NCBI RefSeq assembly: GCF_000172995.2
Contig: NC_014729.1
Location: 210,001-242,000 of the forward strand
Direction: 5' to 3'
Source: Halogeometricum borinquense DSM 11551
GTDB taxonomy: Archaea > Halobacteriota > Halobacteria > Halobacteriales > Haloferacaceae
DNA: 32,000 bases
Part shown: positions 20,187 to 28,557 of the stretch, in pieces
Layout of the letters: every line of letters begins with the position of its first letter
Numbering within the stretch: position 1 is the stretch's first letter
Position numbers and translations under genes: made by a program
Notes under the pieces: model-generated
What the model was told of the DNA's origin: nothing
The model's database searches: none
The model's input: only the letters and a program-made list of their open reading frames with translations

Positions 20187-21497
20187 ATGTCCGAGGATGC
20201 AGACGACGACCACGGCACGCCCGGATTCAGCACGCGAAGTCTCCATGCGGGACAAGACCCTGATGCGGCGACGGGGGCGCGTGCCCCGCCGATTTATCAG
20301 ACCACTTCGTACGTCTTCGACGACGCCGAAGACGCTGCGGGCCAGTTCGCACTGGAGAAGGAGGGATACATCTACTCGCGCTTGATGAATCCCACGGTGG
20401 CGACGTTGCAAGAGCGTCTTGCCTCCCTCGAAGGCGGTGTCGGCGCGGCGGCGACGGCATCCGGCATGGCCGCGTTCGACCTCGCCACGTTCCTTCTCGC
20501 CTCCGCGGGCGACAACATCGTCTCGGCGTCGTCGCTGTACGGCGGGACGTACACCTACCTCACGCACACCGTCGAACGCCGCGGTATCACGACGAAGTTC
20601 GTGGACACGCTGGACTACGACGCCTACGACGAGGCTATCGACGAGGACACCGCGTTCGTCCACGTCGAGACCATCGGCAATCCGGCCCTCGTGACGCCGG
20701 ACTTCGAACGCCTTGCCGATATCGCGCACGACCACGGCGTTCCTCTGTTCGTGGACAACACGTTCGCGACGCCCTACCTTTGCCAGCCGCTCGAACACGG
20801 CGCGGACCTCGTCTGGGAGTCTACGACCAAGTGGATTCACGGCGCGGGCACGACCATCGGCGGGATTCTCGTTGACGGCGGCTCGTTCCCGTGGACCGAT
20901 TACGCCGACAAATACCCCGAGATTGCGAAGCCGAATTCGGCCTATCACGGCGTCAACTTCGCGGAACGCTTCGGCGATGCGGCGTTCACCTACGCCGCTA
21001 TCGCCCGCGGCCTGCGCGATTTAGGGAATCAGCAGTCGCCGTTCGACGCGTGGAACACCCTCGAAAAAGTCGAGTCGCTGCCGATGCGGATGGAACGGCA
21101 CTGCGAGAACGCACAGGTCGTCGCGGAGTTCCTCGAATCCCACGACGAGGTGTCGTGGGTGAACTATCCCGGTCTCGAATCGCACGAGACGCACGAAGAG
21201 GCCTCGAAGTACCTCGACGGCGGCTACGGCGGCATGATCACGTTCGGACTCGAAGCCGGATACGACGCCGCGCGCGAGACGGTCAATCACGTCGAACTCG
21301 CGTCGCTACTCGCCAACGTCGGCGACGCGAAGACGCTCGTCATCCACCCTGCGTCCACCACGCACCAGCAGTTGACCGAGGAAGAGCAGGTCGCCGCAGG
21401 CGTGACGCCCGACATGGTCCGCCTCTCCGTCGGCGTCGAGGACGCAGACGATATCGTCGCCGACCTCCAACAGGCTATCGAGACAGCGACGAACTGA
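20187..21497 (+). CDS. metY: O-acetylhomoserine sulfhydrylase paralog (PLP-dependent)
   Basis: Colinear with the first copy ([59 protein letters not shown]). Start was trimmed to ATG 20187 (MSEDADDDHG...), with TTTTAA at 20156-20161 ~28 nt upstream. Confidence 0.93.
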   Translation: MSEDADDDHGTPGFSTRSLHAGQDPDAATGARAPPIYQTTSYVFDDAEDAAGQFALEKEGYIYSRLMNPTVATLQERLASLEGGVGAAATASGMAAFDLATFLLASAGDNIVSASSLYGGTYTYLTHTVERRGITTKFVDTLDYDAYDEAIDEDTAFVHVETIGNPALVTPDFERLADIAHDHGVPLFVDNTFATPYLCQPLEHGADLVWESTTKWIHGAGTTIGGILVDGGSFPWTDYADKYPEIAKPNSAYHGVNFAERFGDAAFTYAAIARGLRDLGNQQSPFDAWNTLEKVESLPMRMERHCENAQVVAEFLESHDEVSWVNYPGLESHETHEEASKYLDGGYGGMITFGLEAGYDAARETVNHVELASLLANVGDAKTLVIHPASTTHQQLTEEEQVAAGVTPDMVRLSVGVEDADDIVADLQQAIETATN

Positions 21498-21574
21498 GTC
21501 GTCTCCACCGCTGACGGCGAATTGGACGAACCCACAGGGAGGGAGTTAAACGCCTCGCTATCTGCGGTTCAAAC

Positions 21575-22741
21575 GTGACTGAAACACTCGTCCTCGTTGG
21601 ACTCGTTGTCGCCGTCTTCGTCGGCTTCAATATCGGCGGGTCCAACACCGGCGTCGCCTTCGGTCCGGCCGTCGGTAGTCGGACTGTCTCGAAATTCGGT
21701 GCCGGCGTGTTGATGGGCATTTTCGCACTCTTCGGCGGGTGGACCGTCGGCCGGCGCGTCGTCACGACGCTCGGTTCGGATCTTATCATCGGTGACCCGT
21801 TCACCGTCGCTGCGAGCGTTGTTATTCTCCTGTTTATCGGCCTCGCTCTGTTCGTCTCGAACCTCTTCGGTATCCCTGCTTCGACTTCGATGACGGCCGT
21901 CGGTGCCGTCGCAGGGTACGGGTTGGCGACCGACAGACTCGCCGTTCAACTCATCATGGAAATCGTCTCGTGGTGGTTGGTCGCTCCGATTCTCGGCTTC
22001 TGGCTCAGCGCCGTCGTCGGTCGGTACGTCTACGACGACATCGCCTCGGTCGTCGCTATCGACCGCTCGGACGGGCCACTGGTGATACTTCGCCGCGACG
22101 GCGTCGTTCCCGTCCCAGCACTCGGTGCCGGGACGACGCCCCGAGAACTAACTGGATCGCTTCTCGTCGTCGCTATCGGCTGTTTCATGGCCTTCTCAGC
22201 GGGAGCGTCGAACGTCGCCAACGCCGTTGCACCGCTCGTCGGCAACGGGTCGCTGTCGATGAACGCGGGTATCCTTCTTGCGGGCGGTGCCATCGCAATC
22301 GGCGCGCTTACTATCGCCCGCCGGACGCTGGAAACGATGGGTAACGAACTGACGGAACTGCCGTTGACTGCCGCGTTAGTCGTCGCAACGGTCAGTGCGA
22401 CGCTCGTTACCGTTCTTTCGCTGCTCGGTATTCCGGCCAGTTTCGTCGTCATCGCTACGATGTCTACGGTCGGCCTCGGATGGGGACGAGAAACGACCCG
22501 TGAGAGATCCTATCCGGTGGCTGACCCGGCCACACTCGCCGGTCCGACGCGTTCCGGAATAGAAACTGTCGCCGCCGGCCGAGATTCCGCTGATACGTCA
22601 CTCGATGTTGATGAGCCAGCGACGCTGTATCGTCCGGTGACGACCGCGCGAGTCATCTTCATGCAGAATATCGTTCCGGCAGTGGCGACCGTCGGCGCGT
22701 ACTCCGTCTTCTCGTACGTCGAACTGGCGGCCGTTATGTAA
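21575..22741 (+). CDS. PiT (PHO4) family anion permease, divergent signature
   Basis: Polytopic membrane ORF with two internally related halves, each carrying a PiT-like signature position: FNIGGSNTGVAFGPAVGS and SAGASNVANAVAPLVGNG. It has a GTG start, with TTAAA ~27 nt upstream. Confidence 0.8.
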   Translation: MTETLVLVGLVVAVFVGFNIGGSNTGVAFGPAVGSRTVSKFGAGVLMGIFALFGGWTVGRRVVTTLGSDLIIGDPFTVAASVVILLFIGLALFVSNLFGIPASTSMTAVGAVAGYGLATDRLAVQLIMEIVSWWLVAPILGFWLSAVVGRYVYDDIASVVAIDRSDGPLVILRRDGVVPVPALGAGTTPRELTGSLLVVAIGCFMAFSAGASNVANAVAPLVGNGSLSMNAGILLAGGAIAIGALTIARRTLETMGNELTELPLTAALVVATVSATLVTVLSLLGIPASFVVIATMSTVGLGWGRETTRERSYPVADPATLAGPTRSGIETVAAGRDSADTSLDVDEPATLYRPVTTARVIFMQNIVPAVATVGAYSVFSYVELAAVM

Positions 22742-22777
22742 GGGACCTGTTCTGACCGGAATCAGAAACAACGGATA

Positions 22778-23971
22778 ATGAGGCTTATCCACGATACTAT
22801 CGAACGTTCCTCCGTGGTCGAAATACTCCTCGTCGTCGGTCTGTTGGTCGCGGCATTCGTCGGGTTCAACATCGGTGGGTCGTCAACGGGTGTTGCGTTC
22901 GGTCCGGCTGTCGGAAGTGGTCTCGTCAGTAAACTCCTCGCGGCCGGTCTGATGACAGCGTTCGCTCTGCTTGGGGGCTGGACTGCCGGACGTGAAGTCA
23001 TCAAGACGATGGGTGGCCAAATCGTCCCACAAAGTGAGTTCACGCTCGCGGCGAGTGTAGCCGTCCTCTTTTTCGTCGGGTTTGCACTCCTCATCTCGAA
23101 CACGTTCGGCGTTCCCGCTTCGACCTCGATGACGGCCGTCGGCGCAATCGCGGGTCTCGGCGTCGCAACGGGGACGCTGAACGAGGCCGTCATGCTCGAA
23201 ATCATCTCGTGGTGGATCGTCGCACCCGTGATCGCCTTCTGGGTCTGCGCCGTCATCGGACGGTACGTCTACCCCTATCTCGATGCGAAACTCGAACTCG
23301 ACAGTTCACCCGGGCCATTGGTTGAATTCGACAACGCTGGCATTCTGCCGAAACTGAGACTCGGCCCGAACACGACCCCGCGCGAGGCGTGGAGTACCGT
23401 CCTCGTGATCGCCATCGCCTGTTATATGGCGTACTCCGCGGGCGCGTCGAATGCCGCAAACGCCGTCGCACCACTCGTCGGTAACGGCGCACTCAAACTC
23501 AACGAGGGTATTCTCCTCGGTGCGGGCGCTATCGGTCTCGGCGCGTTTACTATCGCCCGCCGAACGCTCGACACCGTGGGGAACGATCTGACTGAGCTAC
23601 CAATTCTCGCGGCACTCATCGTCGAAACAGTCTCGGCGTCGCTCATCGCGTTCCTCTCGTACATCGGTATCCCGGCGAGTCTCGCCGTCTCGGCGACGAT
23701 GTGCATCGTCGGTCTCGGATGGGGTCGGGCAACGCGGACGGTGACGCTCGGGGAGGCACTCGGCGGGAAATCGCCCGAAATGTCCGTGAACGCTCTCGCT
23801 GCGGAGACACAAGAAGAGGTCCCAGCAATGGGCCAAGAGACGGAGACCGACCTCGCCGGGTCGGACCTGTTCGACCCCGGAACCACCGGACGAGTCATCT
23901 TCTTCTGGTTGCTCACGCCGTCGCTATCGGCGCTCGCGTCGTACGCTCTGTTCGCAATGTCACCTTTCTGA
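22778..23971 (+). CDS. PiT (PHO4) family anion permease, tandem paralog
   Basis: Colinear with the upstream gene (FNIGGSSTGVAFGPAVGS and SAGASNAANAVAPLVGNG). The start could be later (GTG 22814), judging from alignment with the paralog's N-terminus. Confidence 0.8.
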   Translation: MRLIHDTIERSSVVEILLVVGLLVAAFVGFNIGGSSTGVAFGPAVGSGLVSKLLAAGLMTAFALLGGWTAGREVIKTMGGQIVPQSEFTLAASVAVLFFVGFALLISNTFGVPASTSMTAVGAIAGLGVATGTLNEAVMLEIISWWIVAPVIAFWVCAVIGRYVYPYLDAKLELDSSPGPLVEFDNAGILPKLRLGPNTTPREAWSTVLVIAIACYMAYSAGASNAANAVAPLVGNGALKLNEGILLGAGAIGLGAFTIARRTLDTVGNDLTELPILAALIVETVSASLIAFLSYIGIPASLAVSATMCIVGLGWGRATRTVTLGEALGGKSPEMSVNALAAETQEEVPAMGQETETDLAGSDLFDPGTTGRVIFFWLLTPSLSALASYALFAMSPF

Positions 23972-24084
23972 CCCTAAACTCGCAGTAGGTGCCCTCATTC
24001 GGGTGTTCGCTGGCGTTTCAGAACCGAGTCACTCCGCGCGAAAAACAGCAAAGTCTAATGGGATGGGTTGTGAATCGTGCGGTG

Positions 24085-24474
24085 ATGCCCACGGTAGAAT
24101 ACCTTAACTACGAAGTACTCGATGACAACGGCTGGGACCTCGACGACGACGACCTCTTCGAGAACGCCGCAGACGCCGGTCTCGACGGCGAAGATTACGG
24201 TACGCTCGAAGTCAACCAGGGCGAGTACATCCTCGAAGCCGCAGAGGCTCAGGGCTACGATTGGCCCTTCTCGTGCCGCGCCGGTGCCTGTGCAAACTGC
24301 GCAGCCATCGTGAAAGAGGGTGAAATCCAGATGGACATGCAGCAGATTCTCTCCGACGAGGAGGTCTCTGAGAAGAACGTCCGCCTCACCTGCATCGGTT
24401 CGCCGGAGACGGACGAGGTCAAAATCGTCTACAACGCGAAGCACCTCGACTACCTCCAGAACCGCGTCATCTAA
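24085..24474 (+). CDS. fdx: halophilic plant-type [2Fe-2S] ferredoxin, 129 aa
   Basis: [25 protein letters not shown]... is the acidic N-terminal extension typical of haloarchaeal ferredoxin. The cluster ligands lie in [13 protein letters not shown]...LTC. Start was trimmed from 23989, with TCTAAT ~28 nt upstream of ATG 24085. Confidence 0.95.
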   Translation: MPTVEYLNYEVLDDNGWDLDDDDLFENAADAGLDGEDYGTLEVNQGEYILEAAEAQGYDWPFSCRAGACANCAAIVKEGEIQMDMQQILSDEEVSEKNVRLTCIGSPETDEVKIVYNAKHLDYLQNRVI

Positions 24475-24479
24475 CGTAG

Positions 24480-24521
24480 TAGACACGCTGTGTCTATAGA
24501 CGCCCTACGAGGGGGGCGTCT
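24480..24521 (+). terminator. two back-to-back perfect hairpins after fdx
   Basis: TAGACAC-GCT-GTGTCTA spans 24480-24496. AGACGCCC-TACGAGGG-GGGCGTCT spans 24498-24521 and is followed by a T-rich CTTGTTATAT. Confidence 0.45.
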
Positions 24522-24727
24522 CTTGTTATATGACTCACTAGTAAACTAGCGGTCCGAAACGCCCCGGATTTTATCGTCTCGATACAGTATCTCGCCAGCG
24601 ACATCGCATCATCCGTCGATTCGAGTACGTCCTTCGTTCTCTGGACTCGAACGCACCGCATCGGCTCGTTCGACGCTTCGCGCCTTGCACCGCAGTACAT
24701 AACTCCCCCCGGAATCGTTCGCCGTGT

Positions 24728-25687
24728 ATGAATGCGACCCTACCCGACATCTTACGTCTCGTCATCGTCCCCGTCTTAGGATGGGCGGCGTGGCAAGACA
24801 TCGAGACGCGCCGCGTTCCGTCGGTGATCTGGTATCCGCTTGTCGCTCTCGGCGTCGTTCTCCTCGCGTGGGACACGCTGCCGCATCTCGCGTTCGCCCC
24901 CGAGGATATCCTCTACTTCGTTCGCGTCGGCATCAGCCTCCTGTTCGTCGCGCCGTTGTCCTACATCTTCTGGCGACTCGGCGGATTCGGCGGTGCCGAC
25001 GCGAAAGCGCTCATCACGATCTCCATTCTCGTGCCAACGTTCCCGCAGTATCTTCTCCCGGGACTGTCGCTTCCGACCGTCAGGACGACGCTCGGCGTCT
25101 TTTCGATGACGATTCTCACGAACACTGTTGTCTTGGCAGTGGGGTACCCGCTCGCGCTCGCCGCGCGCAATCTCGTTGACGGCAACGCCGAACTGCCGTT
25201 GATGTTCCTCGGCCGTCGCATCCCTGTTGGATCGCTCGCGACGGCGCACGGCCGCCTGTTCGAGACGACGACGGGCTACACCCGGAACGGTCTCGACATC
25301 GACGCGCTGCGGATGTACCTCCGCTGGCGTGGCACGACGCTGTCGGAACTCCGCGAACACCCTGATAAACTCCGCGACCCGACGAGTATCACCGAAACGC
25401 ACGAACCGACTGACGGTGCCGTCGGTGACGGGATGGCCGTGGACGGCGGAACCGTCGAAACTGAGGATCCGTGGGGTGCGGCGGCGTTCCTCGACGATAT
25501 CGACTCAACGGCGTACGGCACGACCCCGGAGAAACTCCGCGACGGCCTGCAGGTTGTCGCCTCGCAGGATGAGGTGTGGATTTCTCCCGGCATCCCGTTC
25601 ATCGTCCCGATGTTCGTCGGTACCGTCATCGCGTTCACCTACGGCGACATCGTCTTCGGCATCGTCGGCGCACTCGGTCTCGTCTAA
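24728..25687 (+). CDS. pibD: A24-family type IV prepilin/archaellin signal peptidase
   Basis: Polytopic membrane ORF with the two catalytic-Asp contexts AAWQDIETRRVP and GGFGGADAKALI. ACATAA lies ~28 nt upstream. Confidence 0.8.
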   Translation: MNATLPDILRLVIVPVLGWAAWQDIETRRVPSVIWYPLVALGVVLLAWDTLPHLAFAPEDILYFVRVGISLLFVAPLSYIFWRLGGFGGADAKALITISILVPTFPQYLLPGLSLPTVRTTLGVFSMTILTNTVVLAVGYPLALAARNLVDGNAELPLMFLGRRIPVGSLATAHGRLFETTTGYTRNGLDIDALRMYLRWRGTTLSELREHPDKLRDPTSITETHEPTDGAVGDGMAVDGGTVETEDPWGAAAFLDDIDSTAYGTTPEKLRDGLQVVASQDEVWISPGIPFIVPMFVGTVIAFTYGDIVFGIVGALGLV

Positions 25688-25736
25688 CCGGCAGGCGGGC
25701 GATTCATTTTTGTCACCGCGGCGACCACACGGAGCC

Positions 25737-26087
25737 ATGTCACGGGGAACCCGTGCGGCGGGTATTCTCGGTACCGGTCTCGGCGGGGTCGTTACCTACA
25801 CGCTGTACGCCGACCTCCTGCTTTCCGCCACTGCGGGTCTCTGCTGGGGTGTCGGAAGCGCGCTCACGGTCCGCTATCGCACCGAGTGGACTGGCGACCC
25901 GGACAGAACGTCGGCCGCCGACGGTCTCCCCTCTGCCTTCGTCCTCTTTGTCGGCCTGTTCGGCGTTCACGCGGGGCTGCCGATACCGGACGGCCTTCGC
26001 TGGGCGCTCGTCGTCCTTGTCGTCGGCGCACTGGTGGCAGCTATCGGCCTCGGAATCTTGCTTGCCCGCCGGGCGACGACGGCGTGA
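25737..26087 (+). CDS. hypothetical small membrane protein (116 aa)
   Basis: The in-frame ATG 25737 within track ORF 25227..26087 gives a hydrophobic protein (MSRGTRAAGILGTGLGGVVTYTLYADLLL...). CATTTTT lies ~29 nt upstream. The upstream part of that ORF overlaps pibD out of frame. Confidence 0.5.
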   Translation: MSRGTRAAGILGTGLGGVVTYTLYADLLLSATAGLCWGVGSALTVRYRTEWTGDPDRTSAADGLPSAFVLFVGLFGVHAGLPIPDGLRWALVVLVVGALVAAIGLGILLARRATTA

Positions 26088-26141
26088 CCGACAGTCGCAA
26101 GGTCACAAGACATATCGGCAGTAACGACGTGATTCGAGTCG

Positions 26142-26507
26142 ATGACCGAGGACGTCGAGGTGGACTTCGGCGACGACGGACTCGTCCCCGCCGTCGCACA
26201 AGACGCCGACTCCGGCGAAGTGTTGATGCTCGCGTACGTCTCTCCCGAGGCGCTCGAACGCACCCGCGAAACCGGGCGCGCACACTACTACTCCCGCAGT
26301 CGGGACGAACTTTGGGAGAAGGGTGCGACGAGTGGTCACACCCAGTCGGTCGAGGAAGTACGCGTAGACTGCGATGCGGATACGCTTCTCTACCTCGTCG
26401 AGCAGACCGGTGGCGCGTGTCACACTGGCCGCCGGTCGTGTTTCTATCGCACTATCGACGGGGACGAGGTGGGTAAAACCGTGTTTGATCCCGACGACGT
26501 GTACTGA
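26142..26507 (+). CDS. hisI: phosphoribosyl-AMP cyclohydrolase
   Basis: [25 protein letters not shown]..., [19 protein letters not shown] and [10 protein letters not shown]. Confidence 0.93.
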   Translation: MTEDVEVDFGDDGLVPAVAQDADSGEVLMLAYVSPEALERTRETGRAHYYSRSRDELWEKGATSGHTQSVEEVRVDCDADTLLYLVEQTGGACHTGRRSCFYRTIDGDEVGKTVFDPDDVY

Positions 26508-26512
26508 GTATT

Positions 26513-27652
26513 ATGCCTGACGAGACACTGACAGCCGCCGATGCCGACACATTGCGCGAGAGATTGCTCGCGGCACGCGACGCTCACGCCGCCGCCGAAG
26601 CGGACATCGAATCGATTGGCGAGGAGTCTGTCGTCGCGGCAGCCGACGCCTACCGGAAAGCGATTCGCCTCCTCGACAACTACGAGGAATCAGCCGTGGG
26701 AACCGGCGACTTTCAGGCGTACGTCGAGTTTCAGGACAAGTTCCTCGGCCTCGTCGAGGAGTTGCCCGAGGAGTTGCCCGACCGCGAGGCGTTCGAGGCC
26801 GCGGCCGACCGCATGGACCGCCGCCGCCTCCGCGAACGCGACTTCGAGGGTGCGCGTGCCGACCTCGAAGCCGCCGAATCGTACGTCGAATATCTCGATC
26901 ACAGAACGGAGACAAAAGAAGAACTCACCGAGGCACGGCGCGACGCAAAGCTCCTCTTGAAGGACACTGACAGCCGCATCTCGGAGTTAGAGCGACTGGT
27001 CGAACTCGGCGAGGCCGACGTTGACGCGCCCGTCGAACACATCCGCGATCCGATCGACCGGTACAACGAGGCCGTCTCCGAGGAGTTTCAGTCGTTCAAG
27101 CAGTCCGAATCGGCACAGGAAGTACTCTCGGTGGTCGAAGCGGCCGAGTGGCATTCGCTGGTCGAATTTCGCTCGCCGCCGCGTGACCTTCGTGAGTTCG
27201 TCCGCGAAAGCCCCGACGCCGACGAACCGATTCCGACACTGCTGGAGTACGCCGACTACACGGGGTCGAAACTCGACCACTACGCCGAGGACCCCGCGAT
27301 GCTCCAGACATCGGTTGCGGTTCACCGAACGTATCTCGAACGACTCGATGCAGACCCGCTCTGCGTGTCGTTCCCGCCGCCGTCAGCCGAGACGCTTCGC
27401 CGCAAGGCGAACGAACTCGTCTCCGTACTCGACCGGTTCGCAAGTGAGACGACGATAGCCGCCCTCCGCACCGTCCGGGAACTGACCCGCCGCGACGACT
27501 ACGACCGCCTCCGGACGGCGGCCCGTGCGCGGACGGAACTCACGGACGCGGAACTGGAACGACTACGCTCGGGGGCCGTCGAGACGGAACTGCACGAACT
27601 CCGCGAGGCTCACGACAAACTCGCTGACGCACTTTCCGAGGCCGACGGCTGA
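26513..27652 (+). CDS. hypothetical acidic, helix-rich (coiled-coil-like) protein, 379 aa
   Basis: Uninterrupted ORF starting 6 nt after the hisI stop, with strongly acidic haloarchaeal composition and no recognisable motif. Confidence 0.7.
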   Translation: MPDETLTAADADTLRERLLAARDAHAAAEADIESIGEESVVAAADAYRKAIRLLDNYEESAVGTGDFQAYVEFQDKFLGLVEELPEELPDREAFEAAADRMDRRRLRERDFEGARADLEAAESYVEYLDHRTETKEELTEARRDAKLLLKDTDSRISELERLVELGEADVDAPVEHIRDPIDRYNEAVSEEFQSFKQSESAQEVLSVVEAAEWHSLVEFRSPPRDLREFVRESPDADEPIPTLLEYADYTGSKLDHYAEDPAMLQTSVAVHRTYLERLDADPLCVSFPPPSAETLRRKANELVSVLDRFASETTIAALRTVRELTRRDDYDRLRTAARARTELTDAELERLRSGAVETELHELREAHDKLADALSEADG

Positions 27653-27655
27653 CCG

Positions 27656-27937
27656 ATGTCGGTCGTCGGCGCCCTCGCGTTGCTCACCGGCCTCGCTTGT
27701 TTCTACTTTGGTGCGCGAGAGCTCCGATTCCGTCGCGCTATCGTCCGCGTGAACCGACGAGACGACCCGGCAGAGGACGTAACCGGTATTGACGATGCAC
27801 CGACGGCGTGGTTGCTCCCGCCGGAGGACCGCGACGAGATGCCCGACGACCCTTCTTCGGGAGTTTCGCTCGAACGCGGTGTCATCCTCCTCGTCTTCGG
27901 TGCGATTGCGTGCCTGTTCGGGCTATTCAGCTTCTAA
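27656..27937 (+). CDS. hypothetical small membrane protein (2 TM, 93 aa)
   Basis: Starts 4 nt after the preceding stop. Hydrophobic N- and C-terminal segments flank an acidic loop. Confidence 0.55.
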   Translation: MSVVGALALLTGLACFYFGARELRFRRAIVRVNRRDDPAEDVTGIDDAPTAWLLPPEDRDEMPDDPSSGVSLERGVILLVFGAIACLFGLFSF

Positions 27938-28504
27938 CGGCTTTGCGAACACCACCGTCGGATACGACTCGTCGCCGACTTCGTAGGTGTTCTCGCCGAC
28001 GACCTCGAAGCCACGGGTGCGGTAGAACGCGCACCCGTCCTCGTTGTCGGCGAACGTCTGGAGAGCGAGTCTGTCGACGCCCGCAGGCGCATTTGATTCG
28101 AGAGACGAGAGGAGTGCCGAGCCGATTCCCTCTCCCCAGTGGTCAGGTCGGACGTACAGCGCGCGCAGTTCGGCGTCGTCGTCAGCGGCGAACGACTCCG
28201 TGCGTACGGGGTCCCAGACGCCACGCGCGTATCCGACGATGGACTCACCACCAGTGACCGCACCGCCGGTGTCTGCGGATTCTTCGTCAGCGACGGCGAC
28301 GATGTGGCTCTCGTTGGCGGCGCTCGCTGTTTCGTACGCCGCTTTGAGTTCGGACGCACGGTCTTCGTCGAGTTCGGTAGGCGGGAGGGCAGCCTCGGAG
28401 ATGATATGGTCGAACGCGGCCCGCCACGCGAGGCGAACCACGCGGGACCCGGCGCGGAACTCTGCGAACGAGGCGACGGGGCGAACCGTCACGGAGGGAG
28501 TCAT
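27923..28504 (-). CDS. GNAT family N-acetyltransferase
   Basis: The acetyl-CoA binding motif context is LYVRPDHWGEGIGSALLSSL. ATTTTTA on the minus strand lies ~28 nt upstream of ATG 28504. Confidence 0.85.
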   Translation of the reverse strand: MTPSVTVRPVASFAEFRAGSRVVRLAWRAAFDHIISEAALPPTELDEDRASELKAAYETASAANESHIVAVADEESADTGGAVTGGESIVGYARGVWDPVRTESFAADDDAELRALYVRPDHWGEGIGSALLSSLESNAPAGVDRLALQTFADNEDGCAFYRTRGFEVVGENTYEVGDESYPTVVFAKPLEAE

Positions 28505-28557
28505 CGTTCATCCACACACCGCGGCCGGTAAAAATGAGATCGAATAGACAGATACGA

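Noticed and set aside
24494-24876. Minus-strand ORFs 24494..24700 (68 aa) and 24571..24876 (101 aa) between fdx and pibD
   Set aside because: Their Arg/Cys/Thr-rich basic composition is atypical for this proteome. The second overlaps the pibD start, and neither has promoter-spacing support.
25227-25736. Upstream part of ORF 25227..26087, overlapping pibD in another frame
   Set aside because: Arg/Ser-rich overlap with the pibD coding region. Only the distal hydrophobic part from ATG 25737 looks like a real protein.
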